The notes: a model not told the origin generated them from the sequence alone. Numbered from the stretch's first letter, positions 1 to 14,599 are shown. The stretch: DNA of 64,000 nt from Octopus vulgaris (GCA_951406725.2 OX597818.1:82274001-82338000); one strand, 5' to 3'. A program made the numbers and translations.

Positions 1-390
1 AAATACTTTACCACTATATATTGTTGTCCCTCTTCAGAATTGTCTTTCATCTCCCTGAAAGCAATAACATTTTGCAACGATCATGAATTGATGTCGATTA
101 AATCGATAATATTTTGCCAGTGAAATATTTTGGCTCGATGTTAATGTTAGAAATCCAAATTTATTGTTAATATCTCGGTTCAAGAACGGTATTAAAAATA
201 TTATTTAATGTTTTCAAAAGTGTTAGTGCATGCCATCAGTAAACTTTTACGTCGAACACAAAGTTCCAGAAACGAGGCTAGCTGTTTTGAGCTGAGGCAC
301 CAAATAAATCTGCTGGAAAAGTAGCCAAAATCTTCCCAATATATACCTGAATATAATAAAGAATCGTTTGGAAATTATACATTATCTTGA

Positions 391-414
391 TCCTCCTCCT
401 CCTCCTCCTCCTCC

Positions 415-454
<40 letters not shown>

Positions 455-470
455 TTTCATCATCACCATT
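391..470. repeat. (TCC)n-(TCA)n microsatellite
   Basis: Direct trinucleotide runs. Confidence 0.95.
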
Positions 471-559
471 ATTAACCCCCCTGGTCATTACTTGAGCTAT
501 TCGACTTACAATACCGCTTAACGTGTTTCAATGGTTTATCAGTGAATGCAACGCCAGTC

Positions 560-690
560 CAGCACAGAGTGAATAGAATTGGAAAAAACGTAAAATGATA
601 AATTGTTAATCAAGAGCACAACGCACTGCCCAGCCCAGTTCTTCAGATCGTAAGTGCAACACCCAAACCACTAAGCCATACGCCTTCAAA
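560..690 (-). mobile_element. Degenerate head of tRNA-derived SINE (family C)
   Basis: Reverse complement reads ggcgtatggcttagtggtttgggtgttgcac...tgcgttgtgctcttga, resembling the head of the SINE at 4390. Confidence 0.5.
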
Positions 691-1404
691 AATGATACTC
701 TAAACCTAAATACAAAGACGAAATTCACACGTTAAAAATACTTGTGATCATAGTTCTTCTTACCCAAGGCTGAATTAATACTAAACAACAATATCGACTT
801 CTTGAAAAATCCTTTTACAGTGAATGCCATAACCTTCTATTTCACTACATAATGAGAATCTATAGAAGCGACTTTTTTCCTGTGGTTTCCTTATTTAAAT
901 GCATACGGCTATAGAAGATGAAGGTTTAAAATTTAACATTTTAACGTTAATCGATTCAGTTAGGTAAGTTTAATGACTGTGATAGTATTGGCTATCAAAA
1001 TGCCCTTTTGAATGTCTTCCTGAATCAGCAGAGTTCCCTGACGATTTGTGGCAGTGAATTGACATTTTGTGTGAACGAGTGCATGAAGTCAAGTTATTGT
1101 GGGAGAATAGCTTCCGCTCATGCAATTTAAAAATTAAGAATAAAAAAGATAATAACGATCGGTTCGTCATTGATGTCTGCATTCGTTTCTTTCATGTGCT
1201 GACGTTAGATGAATTAATATGTAAAGTGAGAGAAGGGAAAAAGAGAAAGAGAGGAGGGAGAGAGAGAGAAAGATAGAGAGAGGAAGCGGGAGAGAGGGAG
1301 AGGGACAGAAAATGAATTCGGCTGGGAGGAATCGAAAAAGATACACAGAAAAATGAAGAGATTTGGTGATACGTGTGAGAAAGCAGTTGACGATAAATAA
1401 AAAT

Positions 1405-1429
1405 AATAATGCTAATAATAATGCTAATG

Positions 1430-1496
<67 letters not shown>

Positions 1497-1522
1497 CAAC
1501 AACAACAACAGCAATAATAATC
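1405..1522. repeat. (TAA)n/(CAA)n microsatellite
   Basis: Direct runs. Confidence 0.95.
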
Positions 1523-1939
1523 ATAAGCAGTAAAACAGAAACAGATGTAGAGGAGGAAATATTTTGTGGCAAGACAGGGTCAGGTTGGGGATAAGTGTGA
1601 AATGGTTTTGAAGTGGTCGGAATGCAGAGAGAAAGAGGAAGATAAACAGAGATTTAAAAATGTATATAAATAGAATGAGGGTAGAGATAGCGGTTCAGAA
1701 GTAAAGAGAATAACTGTAGTTAAGCAGGAAAATATATATAAAAAATAGGGACATGCAGAGAGATAGTATTAGAAGAAAGATAAAATAAGTGGAGAGAGAT
1801 GATGAAATCTCAGAGAAAGGGAGGGGTTTAAAAAGAAAAATTTTACGTGATTGGTAGAAAGGGAATATGAAAGGGAGAAACTGAGAGTGAAATAGTGAAA
1901 TAGTGAAATAGTTTAGCATATATGGAGATAAATGTGCAT

Positions 1940-2210
1940 GAGGAAAAGAGAGAGAGAAAAAGGGGGGAGGGGGAGAGGAAGAGAGAAGAGAAAGGGAGAG
2001 AGAGAGGAGAGAGGAGAGACAGGAGAGACAGGAGAGAGGAGAGAGGAGAGAGAGGATAAGAATAAAAATTGTGAGGAAGGAAGAAGGTTAGAACAAAATA
2101 AAGTGAGAGAGAGAGAGAAGAAACTGACAGATAAAGAGAGAGAGACAGATTCATTGAGAGAGCAAGGGAGTGGAGCTGATTGGAAGAAGGGAAATATAGA
2201 AAAAATGAGG

Positions 2211-2251
<41 letters not shown>

Positions 2252-2565
2252 ACAGAGAGAGGGAGAGAAAGAGAGAGAGAGACAGAACGAGAGAGAGATT
2301 AATATATATATAGTGAAAGAGGGAGAGGGGGAGAGGAAGAGAGAAGAGAAAGGGAGAGGAAGAGAGAAGAGAAAGGGAGAGGAAGAGAGAAGAGAAAGGG
2401 AGAGAGAGAGGAGAGAGGAGAGACAGGAGAGACAGGAGAGAGAGGAGAGACAGGAGAGAGGAGAGAGGAGAGAGAGGATAAGAATAAAAATTGCTCTCTC
2501 AATGAATCTGTCTCTCTCTCTCTTTATCTGTCAGTTTCTTCTCTCTCTCTCACTTTATATATATT

Positions 2566-2608
<43 letters not shown>

Positions 2609-3060
2609 CGGCGAGAGAAAGAAGAAGAGAGAATAAGAAAGGAAGGAGACAGTTTGAAAGACGAAAGAAAATGAAAAAGAAGCTAAAGGGGAGTGAAAGA
2701 CAGAGAGAGAAATGAAATAAAAAGATAAAAGGAAGGCGTTATATTGATAGAAAACGAGATAACGTGAAATGAAAACTAGGATAGAAGGAAAGATAAATAC
2801 GAGCGCATATGAAGAGAGAGAGAGAGAGAAGGAGAGAAATGGAGAGACAGAGAGAGAGAGATAGGGAGAAAGAAAGCGAGAAATGGAAAATAGAAAGAGT
2901 GATAGAAAACAAAATTAACACAAAGAAAGCGAGAGAGAGAGAGAGAGTGAGAGAGAGAGAGGAACATTGACAAAGAAAGAGAAAGCGAGCGATAGAAAGA
3001 GAAAAATCATATAAACATGTAAGAGAATATAGGAAAGACAGAAACATCAAGAAAAAAATA
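1940..3060. repeat. Purine-rich (GA)n low-complexity tract with internal direct and inverted duplications
   Basis: GA/GGA-rich; ~1985-2070 recurs at ~2410-2492 and 2100-2165 recurs inverted at 2491-2556. Confidence 0.85.
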
Positions 3061-4267
3061 AGGAGAGTTACAATGGGGGTGGGAAGGACAAAGAGAGCAC
3101 AAAATCGAAAAATTTTTTTAAAAATTTCATTAGGTCCCATTTTGTGTTGGTTCCATAAAATTATTCTCTGATATGAATGATGATATGGGTTATAAAAAAA
3201 TTATACGATCAAGTCATGTGTGTGTGTCTGTGGCTGCGTGCGTGTGTGAGTGTGCATGTGCTTCTGTGTGTGTTTGTGTGCGTATATGTCTACGTGTGTG
3301 TACGTACGTGCATGTTAAATTTATACTAATATAGTATACACATGTATATGTATACACACACACACACACGAATATATATATATATATATATATCCATTAT
3401 ATATACATATGCATATATATCTAAAATCCTCATGCACATATATACATATTCGTAGATAGATAGATTGAGAAATAGATAGATAGATAGCCAAACAGAAGGA
3501 TATATAGGCAGATAGATAGAGAGATTGACAGATATATAGATAGAAAAACAGAGAGATATTCTGATGTTCACATATGTGCATTTTACTTGCACGTATTCAT
3601 ATAGAAGCATAAACAGATACACATACATATATGGATAAGGTAAAAAAAAATAATAAAAATTCCAAACACTATCACATTTATGTATGCACTCATCATTAAC
3701 ATTCTATGATGTTGGTTAAAAAAAAGGGCAGTAAACAAGAGAAAATATTCACCGAATTTCTGAATATTTTAAATTACCACTTGATGTACAAATAAATAGA
3801 AAAACAAAAAACAGAAAGGAAAACCTAGTGTTGTAAGCTTTAATATACAGTAGTAGGTGAGAGGGGAAAGTATTTAAAACATTTTTTATACAGCGGTGAG
3901 TGGGAGATACGTTAAGAGTGTAAAAGGCGGTGATGGCTTTTAATGGTAGCGGTGTAATATGCTGTTAGCTTTAGAGTGAAAGTATTCCTGCAGTAAGGTG
4001 GCTGGTTGTCAGCGTCGGCAAGAACATCGAGTAGAATGAAATGGAGTATTTTATTCCAGCTCTCTGGGCGCTGAGTTCGAATCTTTCTCTTTCTGGATGC
4101 TAGTAGTGAAGAAAATTGATTTAGGACCACGTTGAATCGATTTCAGTCCCACCGCACGGTATCTTGATCACGTTTCTTTTAGTATAGCCTCTGATTGACC
4201 AATGATCTTTTGAGTGAATCTAGGAGACGGAAAATGCATGGAAAACCGCAGAAAAAATATATATGTT

Positions 4268-4365
<98 letters not shown>

Positions 4366-4389
4366 CATGTATGTATGTGCGTATGTGAA

Positions 4390-4695
4390 GGTACATAGCT
4401 CTGTGGTTAGAGCGTCGGGCTAGTCTGCGTTAGTGAGTTCGATTCAGGGACTGGGCTGTGTGTTATGTTTTTGAGCAGGACACTTTATTTTATGTTGCTC
4501 CCCTTCACTCGTGTGGTGCCAAGTTTTATTGGTCTTTGCTTTTCTCTTGGATTACATCTGTGACGTGGAGATGAGAAACTGGTATGCATGGGTGACTGCT
4601 GGTATGCAATAAACAACCTTGCCCGGACTCGTGCCTTGCAGGGGGATTTTCTAGGTGCAATCCCATGGTCATTCATGACCGAAACGATTCTTTAC
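4390..4695 (+). mobile_element. tRNA-derived SINE (family C) with RTE-like 3' tail
   Basis: A-box-like TAGCTCTGTGG and B-box-like GAGTTCGATTC; tail ggtgcaatcccatggtcattcatgaccgaa; related pieces at ~5590-5730 (+) and ~34825-35000 (-). Confidence 0.7.
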
Positions 4696-4726
4696 ACTTT
4701 ATATATATATATATAAACACACACAT

Positions 4727-4800
<74 letters not shown>

Positions 4801-4803
<3 letters not shown>

Positions 4804-4939
4804 GAATGGTTGTATACTGTCAATTTAACGTGACAGTAGGGGATTACACCACCGCTGTTTAGCCCTAGGAAGCATCGACGCTTCCTGTTGGCTTCGACAC
4901 ATTTTTTCCTGGAAAATTGACAATATACAACCATTCTAT
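4801..4939. mobile_element. Short inverted-repeat element after a (TA)n tract
   Basis: atagaatggttgtatactgtcaattt (4801-4826) pairs with aaattgacaatatacaaccattctat (4914-4939); the interior resembles the 25993-26502 and 50590-50865 family. Confidence 0.75.
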
Positions 4940-5816
4940 CGCCCCACCTCCGTACATATCTCTATGAGATATTTAGAAATTTAATATTTCTGATATATAC
5001 ATATATATATATATATATTTTTTTTTTCAACATCATTGGATCACGAAGCACACCATTTAAAGCTATAAATGATAGCATAGACAGTTTCTCATTTCAATAA
5101 TTCCAAGCTATTATTTATAGGTTTATTATGTCATTCGAGAATCAATATTCGAAGGTAGAAATTTTTTTTGAGAGTTTATAAAATTCCTATGACAATATAT
5201 GTGAAAATGCGCGCGCTCGTGTAGGCGTGTTTGCGCGTGTGTGTGAGTATGTGTATGTATGTGTATATACACACATGTGTGTCACAGCATGAAAATTACT
5301 GTTGCTTTGTTTATGTTCCTGTAAAACTTGTGCACGGCAAAACTGACCAAAGTTTAAACAAAAAGAACGAAGAAAAGAAGGAAAGAAAGAAAGAGAGGAA
5401 AATTGGGTTCGATTTGTTCTACTAAAGCCAGTCGATGCTGTTTTACATCATATGCGTTGCATAATCACTGAAGAATGTAAAAGACAAGAGAATGGTGTTA
5501 ATAAACCGACCAGCCTTTTCCTTTCGGGTCAAATTGCTTCAGTGTGAGAACTACGGTAATGCTAAACGTGACTATGGAATGACTATCAACGTCTCTGGAG
5601 CCAAGCTGTATCGGCGCTTGGATAACATCAGTAACTTGGAGAGGAGAGACTGGTAAGCATGGGCAAGTACTGCTTTTCCATAAACAACGTTGCCCAGACA
5701 TGTGCATCAGAGGGTAACATTTTAAGTGCAAATCCATATGTATGTATGTATTACTGAGATGTGCTTGCATAGCCAGTGACCTGATCTGAGATCGTGTGCC
5801 GAAACAAAAATAATTG

Positions 5817-6010
5817 CAGCGTGGGAGATGTTTATAAGCCAATTAAAAACACACAGACATGGTTAGATTTACTTTCGCATTTAAATTTAATTTGTCAAAA
5901 TATTTTCGTTGCTTTGAAATCGCGACCTGTTCACTGACAAAATTCTTTGCAGTGAACAGGTCGCAGTTTTTGTGTGTGTTTTAAATGGCTTATAAACACC
6001 TTCCACGCTG
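5817..6010. mobile_element. Inverted-repeat element with a degenerate hammerhead-like fold (5891-5941, minus)
   Basis: Outer arms cagcgtgggagatgtttataagcc / ggcttataaacaccttccacgctg; inner arms gcgacctgttcactg / cagtgaacaggtcgc. Confidence 0.65.
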
Positions 6011-7267
<1,257 letters not shown>

Positions 7268-7354
7268 AAGGGTGAAAAGGAACACACGAGTTGATATATA
7301 TGAAAAAACAAGTAAAAAATAGAAAATGCTAAAATAATTTTATAGTGAACATTT

Positions 7355-7392
7355 CAGTACCGGTTTCGGTTATTTTGAGACCTTTTCAACTG
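7355..7392 (-). ncRNA. Minimal hammerhead-like motif in PLE 3' pLTR (variant core)
   Basis: cag-UUGAAAA-gguc ucaaaau aacc-GAAA-ccgg-UA-cug. Confidence 0.6.
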
Positions 7393-8121
7393 TAACGATT
7401 AAATAATTAAATTTAGAAAAATTAGAAGAAAAGTTTTTTTAAAAGAATATTTCTATAGTAGTGTTCAGATTTAAGTGGCATTCTGCCTTTCTCTGACTCC
7501 CTTGTTTGCACTTGTGTGTTCGAGGTAGTTGTGAGTTCTTGGTAGGGTAGTAGAGGGAAGGCTGGTTGAGGAAAGGGGGTGGGAGAATCTGGGAGTGCCC
7601 TGATGGTCGTATTTTGAATGGTCAGTGGCGGCTGGCAGTCTCAGTTCAATTCAGGAGAATATTTATATCGACAGGCTTGTTTATAGAATTAGCGTAGGTG
7701 TTATACTAAAAAACATTAGTGACAAACTTAAGGGGTAGGGGGGGAAGAAGAAGAAGAAGAAGAAGAAGAAGAAGAAGAAGAAGAAGAAGAAGGAGAAGGA
7801 GAAGGAGAAGATGATGGTGATGGTGGTGATGATTATGACGACGATGATGATGATAACGATGATGATGAAGAAGAAGAAGAAGAAGAAGAAGAAGAAGGAG
7901 GAGAAGGAGAAGATGGTGGTGATGATGGTGGCGATGATGATGACGCCGATGATGATGATAACGATGATGATGAAGAAGAAGAAGAAGAAAAAAACAGAGA
8001 AGGGAGAATATGAATGGGTGTAAATATAGCTATGAAGGGGCTGATTAGTAATGGATTCTATGGAGTGTAGTATTTGTGTGTGTATATATATTTTTTTCTT
8101 TTATTCTAAAGTTGAGGTATA

Positions 8122-9147
8122 TTAATTGTTTGTCGTAGACCCGTTAAGAAGTGGCTTGTATTTTGTAATAAAGAGATTTTCTTTACTTATTCTTTGTCTC
8201 GAGGTTGTATCGTCCCTAAATTGGTAGAGGGGGAAAATTCTGAAGTTTGGTGTTTTTTTGTTGGCGCAAGTATCTATGTGTTGGCTAAAAGCTATTTTTC
8301 TGTTTTGGGGAATTTTTATCTGGGATCTGTGCAGGGCCATTCGTTTACGCAAACCATTTTTTGTTTGGCCTATGTACTGCTCTTGACACCCGGAGCAGGT
8401 TAGTGAGTATATTAGGTTCTCCGAAGCACATGTGAAGTTGCTTTTCACTGTAAACCGTTGTCCCTTTTTGAAGGAGAACTCAGAACCCTCGATTAGATAG
8501 TCGCATATCCCGCAATTGGGTCTTCCACATTTTTTTACTGTCGGCTTCTGTGTTGAAGAGTGAATTCGGGCTTGTGTAAGGAGACTTTTCATGGATCTAG
8601 GCTGTCTTTTGCTTTTTATGATCGTGTGTGTTTGGAGGATTGTGTTCATTCTGTGGTCTTTTTTTAGGAGGGGTATGTTGTGGAGGATGGTGTCGAAGGC
8701 TTCGTTATTGAGAGGGTTGTGTGTGGAGATGTATGGTAAGGCTTTTGGTTGTAAGTTTTTCTTTGATTTGGGATGTCTCAGTTCCTTGATGTTAAGTTGA
8801 AGGGCACGTTGAATGCACTTGTCAATAAGTGAAGGTGGATAGTTCCTGGTGATTAGGGTATCTTTTAGTTCTTGTAGTCGTGTGTCTCTGGTGTTTGCGT
8901 TAGAGACTATAGTGCATATCCTTTTTGCTAGATTGAAGGGGATATTCATCCTGGTGTGTCTGGGGTGGCATGAATTGAATGGAAGATATTGCTTAGAGTC
9001 TGTAGGCTTATAGTATATGTCTGTTTCTATTATATTATTAGCTTTCTTAATGAGGATATCGAGGAAGGGGAGTTGTTGTTGGCTATATTCCTTCTTCTTC
9101 TTCTTCTTCTTCTTCTTCTTCTTCTTCTTCTTCTTCTTCTTCTCCAC
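8122..9147 (-). CDS. PLE polyprotein C-terminal part: RT thumb, Cys-rich linker, GIY-YIG endonuclease (Neptune-like; 5'-truncated)
   Basis: LPFLDILI, DIYYKPTD, HPRHTRMNIP, CGRPNCGIC, NLIYSLTCSGCQEQYIGQT; the N-terminal poly-Lys comes from the (TTC)n of the inverted pLTR, so real homology starts near 9085. Confidence 0.9.
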   Translation of the reverse strand: MEKKKKKKKKKKKKKKKKKEYSQQQLPFLDILIKKANNIIETDIYYKPTDSKQYLPFNSCHPRHTRMNIPFNLAKRICTIVSNANTRDTRLQELKDTLITRNYPPSLIDKCIQRALQLNIKELRHPKSKKNLQPKALPYISTHNPLNNEAFDTILHNIPLLKKDHRMNTILQTHTIIKSKRQPRSMKSLLTQARIHSSTQKPTVKKCGRPNCGICDYLIEGSEFSFKKGQRFTVKSNFTCASENLIYSLTCSGCQEQYIGQTKNGLRKRMALHRSQIKIPQNRKIAFSQHIDTCANKKTPNFRIFPLYQFRDDTTSRQRISKENLFITKYKPLLNGSTTNN

Positions 9148-9496
9148 CCCCTACCCCTTAAGTTTGTCACTAATGTTTTTTAGTATAACACCTACGCTAA
9201 TTCTATAAACAAGCCTGTCGATATAAATATTCTCCTGAATTGAACTGAGACTGCCAGCCGCCACTGACCATTCAAAATACGACCATCAGGGCACTCCCAG
9301 ATTCTCCCACCCCCTTTCCTCAACCAGCCTTCCCTCTACTACCCTACCAAGAACTCACAACTACCTCGAACACACAAGTGCAAACAAGGGAGTCAGAGAA
9401 AGGCAGAATGCCACTTAAATCTGAACACTACTATAGAAATATTCTTTTAAAAAAACTTTTCTTCTAATTTTTCTAAATTTAATTATTTAATCGTTA

Positions 9497-9534
9497 CAGT
9501 TGAAAAGGTCTCAAAATGACCGAAACCGGTACTG
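9497..9534 (+). ncRNA. Minimal hammerhead-like motif in inverted PLE pLTR (variant core)
   Basis: cag-UUGAAAA-gguc ucaaaau gacc-GAAA-ccgg-UA-cug; stems I and II pair, stem III is palindromic. Confidence 0.65.
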
Positions 9535-9613
9535 AAATGTTCACTATAAAATTATTTTAGCATTTTCTATTTTTTACTTGTTTTTTCATATATATATATA
9601 TATATATACATAT

Positions 9614-10108
9614 ATAATTATAAATAAGGGAAAAAGCAAACATTTTTACACAAATATACTGAAAAATAGACTTTAGATCGTCTAACTATATAAAATATTT
9701 TTCACTATAAATACAGAGCGTGGCGAAACAAAACCAAGCTAACAGGAACTCTACGTGACTTTCCTAACCGACTATATGTTTGTTGAGGCTTGCTACAAAA
9801 TTTATGTTTAGATATATTTGTGGTACTTAAATGTACTCATGACTTTGCATCTCCTTTTTCCATGGGTATATGTGAGCATTCCATGTATTCTTATCATGTT
9901 CCTCACCGAAGAAAGAAGAATTCTTTGGGATTAATCTAGAAATTGTTCCGATTTCGGGAAAAACGGAATTAAAAAACAGTTCTCTTAGCTTGCTTTCTCC
10001 TCTGTGTATTTAATAGTGAAAAATATTGTATGTGGTCAGAAGATCTGAAGTCTATTTTTCAGCAAATTGGCATAGAATTTTTTTTCTTTTACCTTTATTT
10101 ATAATTGT
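9614..10108. mobile_element. Degenerate long inverted-repeat element adjacent to (TA)n
   Basis: ctgaaaaatagactttagatc...aaatatttttcactat pairs with atagtgaaaaatatt...gatctgaagtctatttttcag; arms ~130 bp. Confidence 0.7.
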
Positions 10109-10340
10109 TTATAATTTTTTCCTTAAAAGGTTTATTGATATGCTGGCCACTGATAAAATTTATTTTTGAAAATGTTTTATCCTTATATTAGAAGCATACT
10201 CACACACACACACACACACACACGCGCACACAGACACAAACACACATATATATAATAATAGTAGGGAATATAATTACAGACTTGCAGGGAAAAATTCAAT
10301 TTATCAATTATAAATCAAATTTCACAACATATAATATATA

Positions 10341-10383
<43 letters not shown>

Positions 10384-10391
10384 AAGAGAAA

Positions 10392-10595
10392 TATTAAGTA
10401 ATTCAATAGTGAAAGACATTATCTATATCATATAGAAAAAAATGAAAATATACTATAATAAATATTATTCGAAAATGATTAAATTAAATAAACAAATTTT
10501 ATTTAATTTCAGGATTTTTTGAATAATATTTATTATAGTATATTTGAATTTTTTCCATATGATATATACATCTTTCACTATTAAATTATTTAATA
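10392..10595. repeat. ~200-bp AT-rich hairpin between (TG)n and (CA)n
   Basis: aatagtgaaaga...atatactataataaatattattc pairs with gaataatatttattatagtatat...tctttcactatt. Confidence 0.8.
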
Positions 10596-10613
10596 GAGGT
10601 TATTTTTATTAGT

Positions 10614-10672
<59 letters not shown>

Positions 10673-10912
10673 TGAACCTCAGAACATTAGATCTCGAACC
10701 AAATCATTAACACTTCAGTTTCACTAGTATCTGTTTGGATAAATGGTTCTGAACCATTATTGCCTATGGACTCCTTTGATTCCTATTTTATGTGTAGAAC
10801 CTCCATAGCCATTCAATATTTTTAAAAAATCCTATATTTTTATAATTAAATAATATTGAGCTCTGTTTTTAAAAATTGTCAAAATATTTTGCTCATTGCA
10901 GAAGAATAAATA

Positions 10913-12173
10913 TTACGTTGCTCCGAAAATAATGGCCGATTTCAGAAACATAATTTTATTCTGGAGAAATTAACAATAGAAATATTTTGATTAGTCAAAG
11001 TATGAGCCGTGAACATCTATGCATCTCTGCCATCGATCAACGAGATTATTTATGCCTTGTTGATAAAAACTCATTGGCTTTGATGCTAAGAAATCTTTGA
11101 AAGTTGATTACACATCTGAATTTTATCACATAAGATCGTGTTTAAATGGTTAAAAATGGTAGTTACTTCGTGATATATCAGCAGAATATGGAAGATCTGG
11201 TAAGGTCCCGTATCCCAAGTCGGCGAGTTTCTGCTGCGTCATTTGTGCAACATGTGACTTTGCATTATCGTGCAGCAGAATTGGGCTACGCTGATTGACC
11301 AATGCAGGTCTCATTTTTTGCAGGTGAGCATGCTTTCAGCGAGTTGGTTGCAGTAAATCTCTACTGTAATGCTCTGATTGGTTTCCAGAAAGCTGTAATA
11401 GACAACATCAACTGCATACCATCAGACAATCACCATAATCTTTTGCTGATGCAACTTTGACTTTGGGAAATGCTTGGAGGACTCATAACGATCAAGCCAT
11501 CTACCTGATCGTTTACGGGTATCATAAAGGACCCACTTTCTGTCACAAGTGAATTTTCGGTCAAGAAACAGATCATTGTTGTCTCGTAGAATGATCATCA
11601 ACCACACTTTTCATTCAGCACATGCGGTACCACTTATCGAGCTTTTTCACCCTACCAATCTTCTGCAGATTGCGTGAGAGCATTGGAATACCGACACCAA
11701 GTGCCTGAGACATTTCGCTGACACTTTGAGGTGGGTTTTGGTCAATTGCTTTCAATTTTTCATTGTCAAGACTGCATGACCGTCCTATACCTTCTTCATC
11801 TTCAAGGCACTCACCAACATTACGGAATTTCTGAAACCAACTTCGTACAGTGTAATCACTTATGGATCCCTCTCCCCATGCTCTGTTGATATTGGCAGCA
11901 GTTTGAGAGGCATTGTGCTCAAGCTTGAACTCATGCAAGAAAAGTAAGTGAAGATCCTTTTTTGTCATGTTTATAATTACTAGCACGTATACTTTGAATG
12001 TTTTCTGTCTGAAATAAGAATGTCTTCAGTCTGAAATAAGTAGAAAATTACTAAAGAGCATAGATCAATAATTAAGAATGCCGAAATTCACCTAGAATAT
12101 AATTAAGATACTATGAAAAAATTGCGTTTCAAAACACACACTTGGCGCGGCCATTATTTTTGGAACAACCTAA
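10913..12173 (-). mobile_element. mariner (DD34D-type) transposon, full length but decayed
   Basis: TIRs ttacgttgctccgaaaataatggcc / ggccattatttttggaacaacctaa; TA on the left; ~1.26 kb. Confidence 0.92.
10985..11968 (-). pseudogene. mariner transposase pseudogene
   Basis: MTKKDLHLLFLHEFKL HTH region, TCDRKWVLYD, LLHDNAKSH, PYSADISRSNYHF (YSPDLAPSDY-like); broken frames. Confidence 0.9.
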
Positions 12174-12854
12174 TTGTTTATTGCACACGGATTTTAACAG
12201 TAAAATCTTATATGGACGACCGTTGAGATAAATACGTAACGGACCGCGAATCGTCGAAACCGATGTAGCCCCTTCATCTTTTCATGAATCCATATTTGTG
12301 TAGGCGTTTGTGGCTTGCGAAGATGTGCTATATTTGCAGTTTTGATTATTGGTTTTATATTTTACATTTTCGTTGGTAGTGAAGTCAGAAATTTGATAAC
12401 GGCAATGAATTATGCTGCAGCTGAAGTGTATTAATTAATATTGTTTAATTGTTACTCATGCTGCTGTTTCTTCTGCTTCTGTTGCGAAAAACATGCTGTG
12501 AAGAAAGTAATATGCAACACTGCATTCTTCATTGAAATAATTGAATACATCAAGCCTAATTATGAGGGTCAGCTAATTCAGAGAAAGGTGGAAATAAGGC
12601 CAGAAAAATGCATCATATAGTCGAAAGGCTGTATATATTTTTTCAGACTGACAATAGTTATATGAAGAGAAACTAAATCTACAGAAATTTAGATTTGCCT
12701 CACGCAACAACAACAGGCACAGTTATGAACACTCGGTGATAAAATTAGTAATGGCAGTTAAAGAAACAGAAATTCTGTATGAAGCCCAGATTTCTTTTGG
12801 AAAACATGAAACATATTCCTGTAATTTAATAATATTATAAGTCATATTAAATGG

Positions 12855-13045
12855 ACAAGCTGGCAGAATTGTTAGCACTCTTGACGAAACATAGCGGAAT
12901 TTCTTGCGTTCTGAGTTCAAATTCTGCCGAAGCCGACTTGTTCTGTTGGGGTCGAGAAGATAAGTATATTTTGAATACTGGGTTCGATGTCGTCGACATA
13001 TCTCCTCCCCGGAAATTGCAGGCCTTTTGCCAAAATTTAAACTAA
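12855..13045 (+). mobile_element. tRNA-derived SINE family A, diverged
   Basis: agctggcagaattgttagcac...ctgagttcaaattctgccg matches the copy at 17050. Confidence 0.8.
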
Positions 13046-13245
13046 GATTATATATCAATTTATGTATATATAATTATACATTTTATGCATGATTGGGAAC
13101 TGACGGCCGTCGTTACACATGTTTGTGCTCAAATCCTGAAAACATAATTCTCTCTTTTATACTACACTTTTCTACCAAAATATATTTTATGATTATGCAT
13201 TCATAAACTAAGATGTTTTAGACACACAAACATACACACACACAC

Positions 13246-13497
13246 AGGTATGAACAAAGTCAAACAAACATAGACGAGGTGTATGTGTTGTTAGTTTGTC
13301 GGGCGACTGCGTATTTTAGCCTTAAGAGAAAATAATATCAATGCCCTTGGTGTTGCTCGGGAAAAAATGGATCTGCTTTAGGGTGTTTTTACACCAAGGG
13401 CATTCAGATTATAATCACTTACGCCTAAAAAACGCAATCCCCACAAAATTACAACGACGAACCTCGTGTATGTGTGTTCGACTATGTTTACATACCT
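13246..13497. mobile_element. Degenerate inverted-repeat element between microsatellites
   Basis: aggtatgaac...acgaggt...aatgcccttggtgt pairs with acaccaagggcatt...acctcgt...catacct. Confidence 0.7.
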
Positions 13498-13525
13498 TGA
13501 GCTTCTTCTGACACACACATATACG

Positions 13526-13602
<77 letters not shown>

Positions 13603-13658
13603 CTATCTATCTATATATATATATATATATATATGTTTGTGTGCATATATATATATAT

Positions 13659-13709
<51 letters not shown>

Positions 13710-13844
13710 TATGGAGAGAGAGAGAGAGAGAGAGAAAGTGAGAGAGAGAGACGTAGTAGTTGGAAGAAACAACGTTAGGCCTGATACTTAGATGGAGCGC
13801 CAAGACAGAATACAAAATATAATTACGGAGTAAGATAAGAAACT

Positions 13845-14062
13845 ACTCTTTACGCTTTTACTCTTTTACCTGTTTCAGTCACTTGACTGCAGCCATGATG
13901 GAGCACCGCCTTTAGTCTAGCACATCGACCCCAGGACTTATTCTTTGTAAGCCTAGTACTTATTCTATTGGTTCTCTTTTGCCGAACCGCTAAGTGACGG
14001 GGACGTAAACAAACCAGCATCAGTCGTCAAGCGATGTTGGGTAGACAAATACAGACACACAA

Positions 14063-14146
<84 letters not shown>

Positions 14147-14307
14147 TCGACGAGCTTCTTTCAGCTTCCGACTACCAAATCCACTCACAAGGCTTTGGTT
14201 GGCCCGAGGCTATAGTAGAAGACACTTGCTGAAGGTGCCACGCAGTGGGACTGAAACCGGAACCATATAGTTCGTAAGCAAGCTACTTACCACACAGCCA
14301 CTCCTAT
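13845..14307 (-). mobile_element. tRNA-derived SINE family B with internal (TA)n(TG)n
   Basis: Reverse complement of the copies at 39736 and 59342. Confidence 0.9.
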
Positions 14308-14599
14308 GTTTGGAATTACGTATTTTCTCATCTTATTTTGTAATTTTGTTATGTACTTGATTATATTTCATGAAAATATGTTTCTATCAAGGAGAATACT
14401 GGTTATCTCCATTACTAACTCCACATCAGCGTTATTTGGATTTCTCTTATAACCATTCTTGACGATGCGGACCTTGTCCTCAAGATGAATTCGGAGATTA
14501 AGTTTGAATCTTGTTGAGCACTACTATGTGTCTTCTGTACTGAGCATACTCAGCCCTCATATATCGTTTGTATATAAACGTATCTCAAAATATCACTGG

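Noticed and set aside
955-1200. Plus-strand donor-like taggtaagt and adjacent unique sequence
   Set aside because: No matching acceptor or coding signal was found, so an exon cannot be supported.
9089-9147. Poly-lysine N-terminus of the 341-aa ORF
   Set aside because: It comes from the (TTC)n in the inverted pLTR and is not part of the PLE protein.
12205-12275. Half hammerhead (gacga...tcgtc-GAAA-ccgatg-TA)
   Set aside because: No CUGANGA-like core or stem I upstream.
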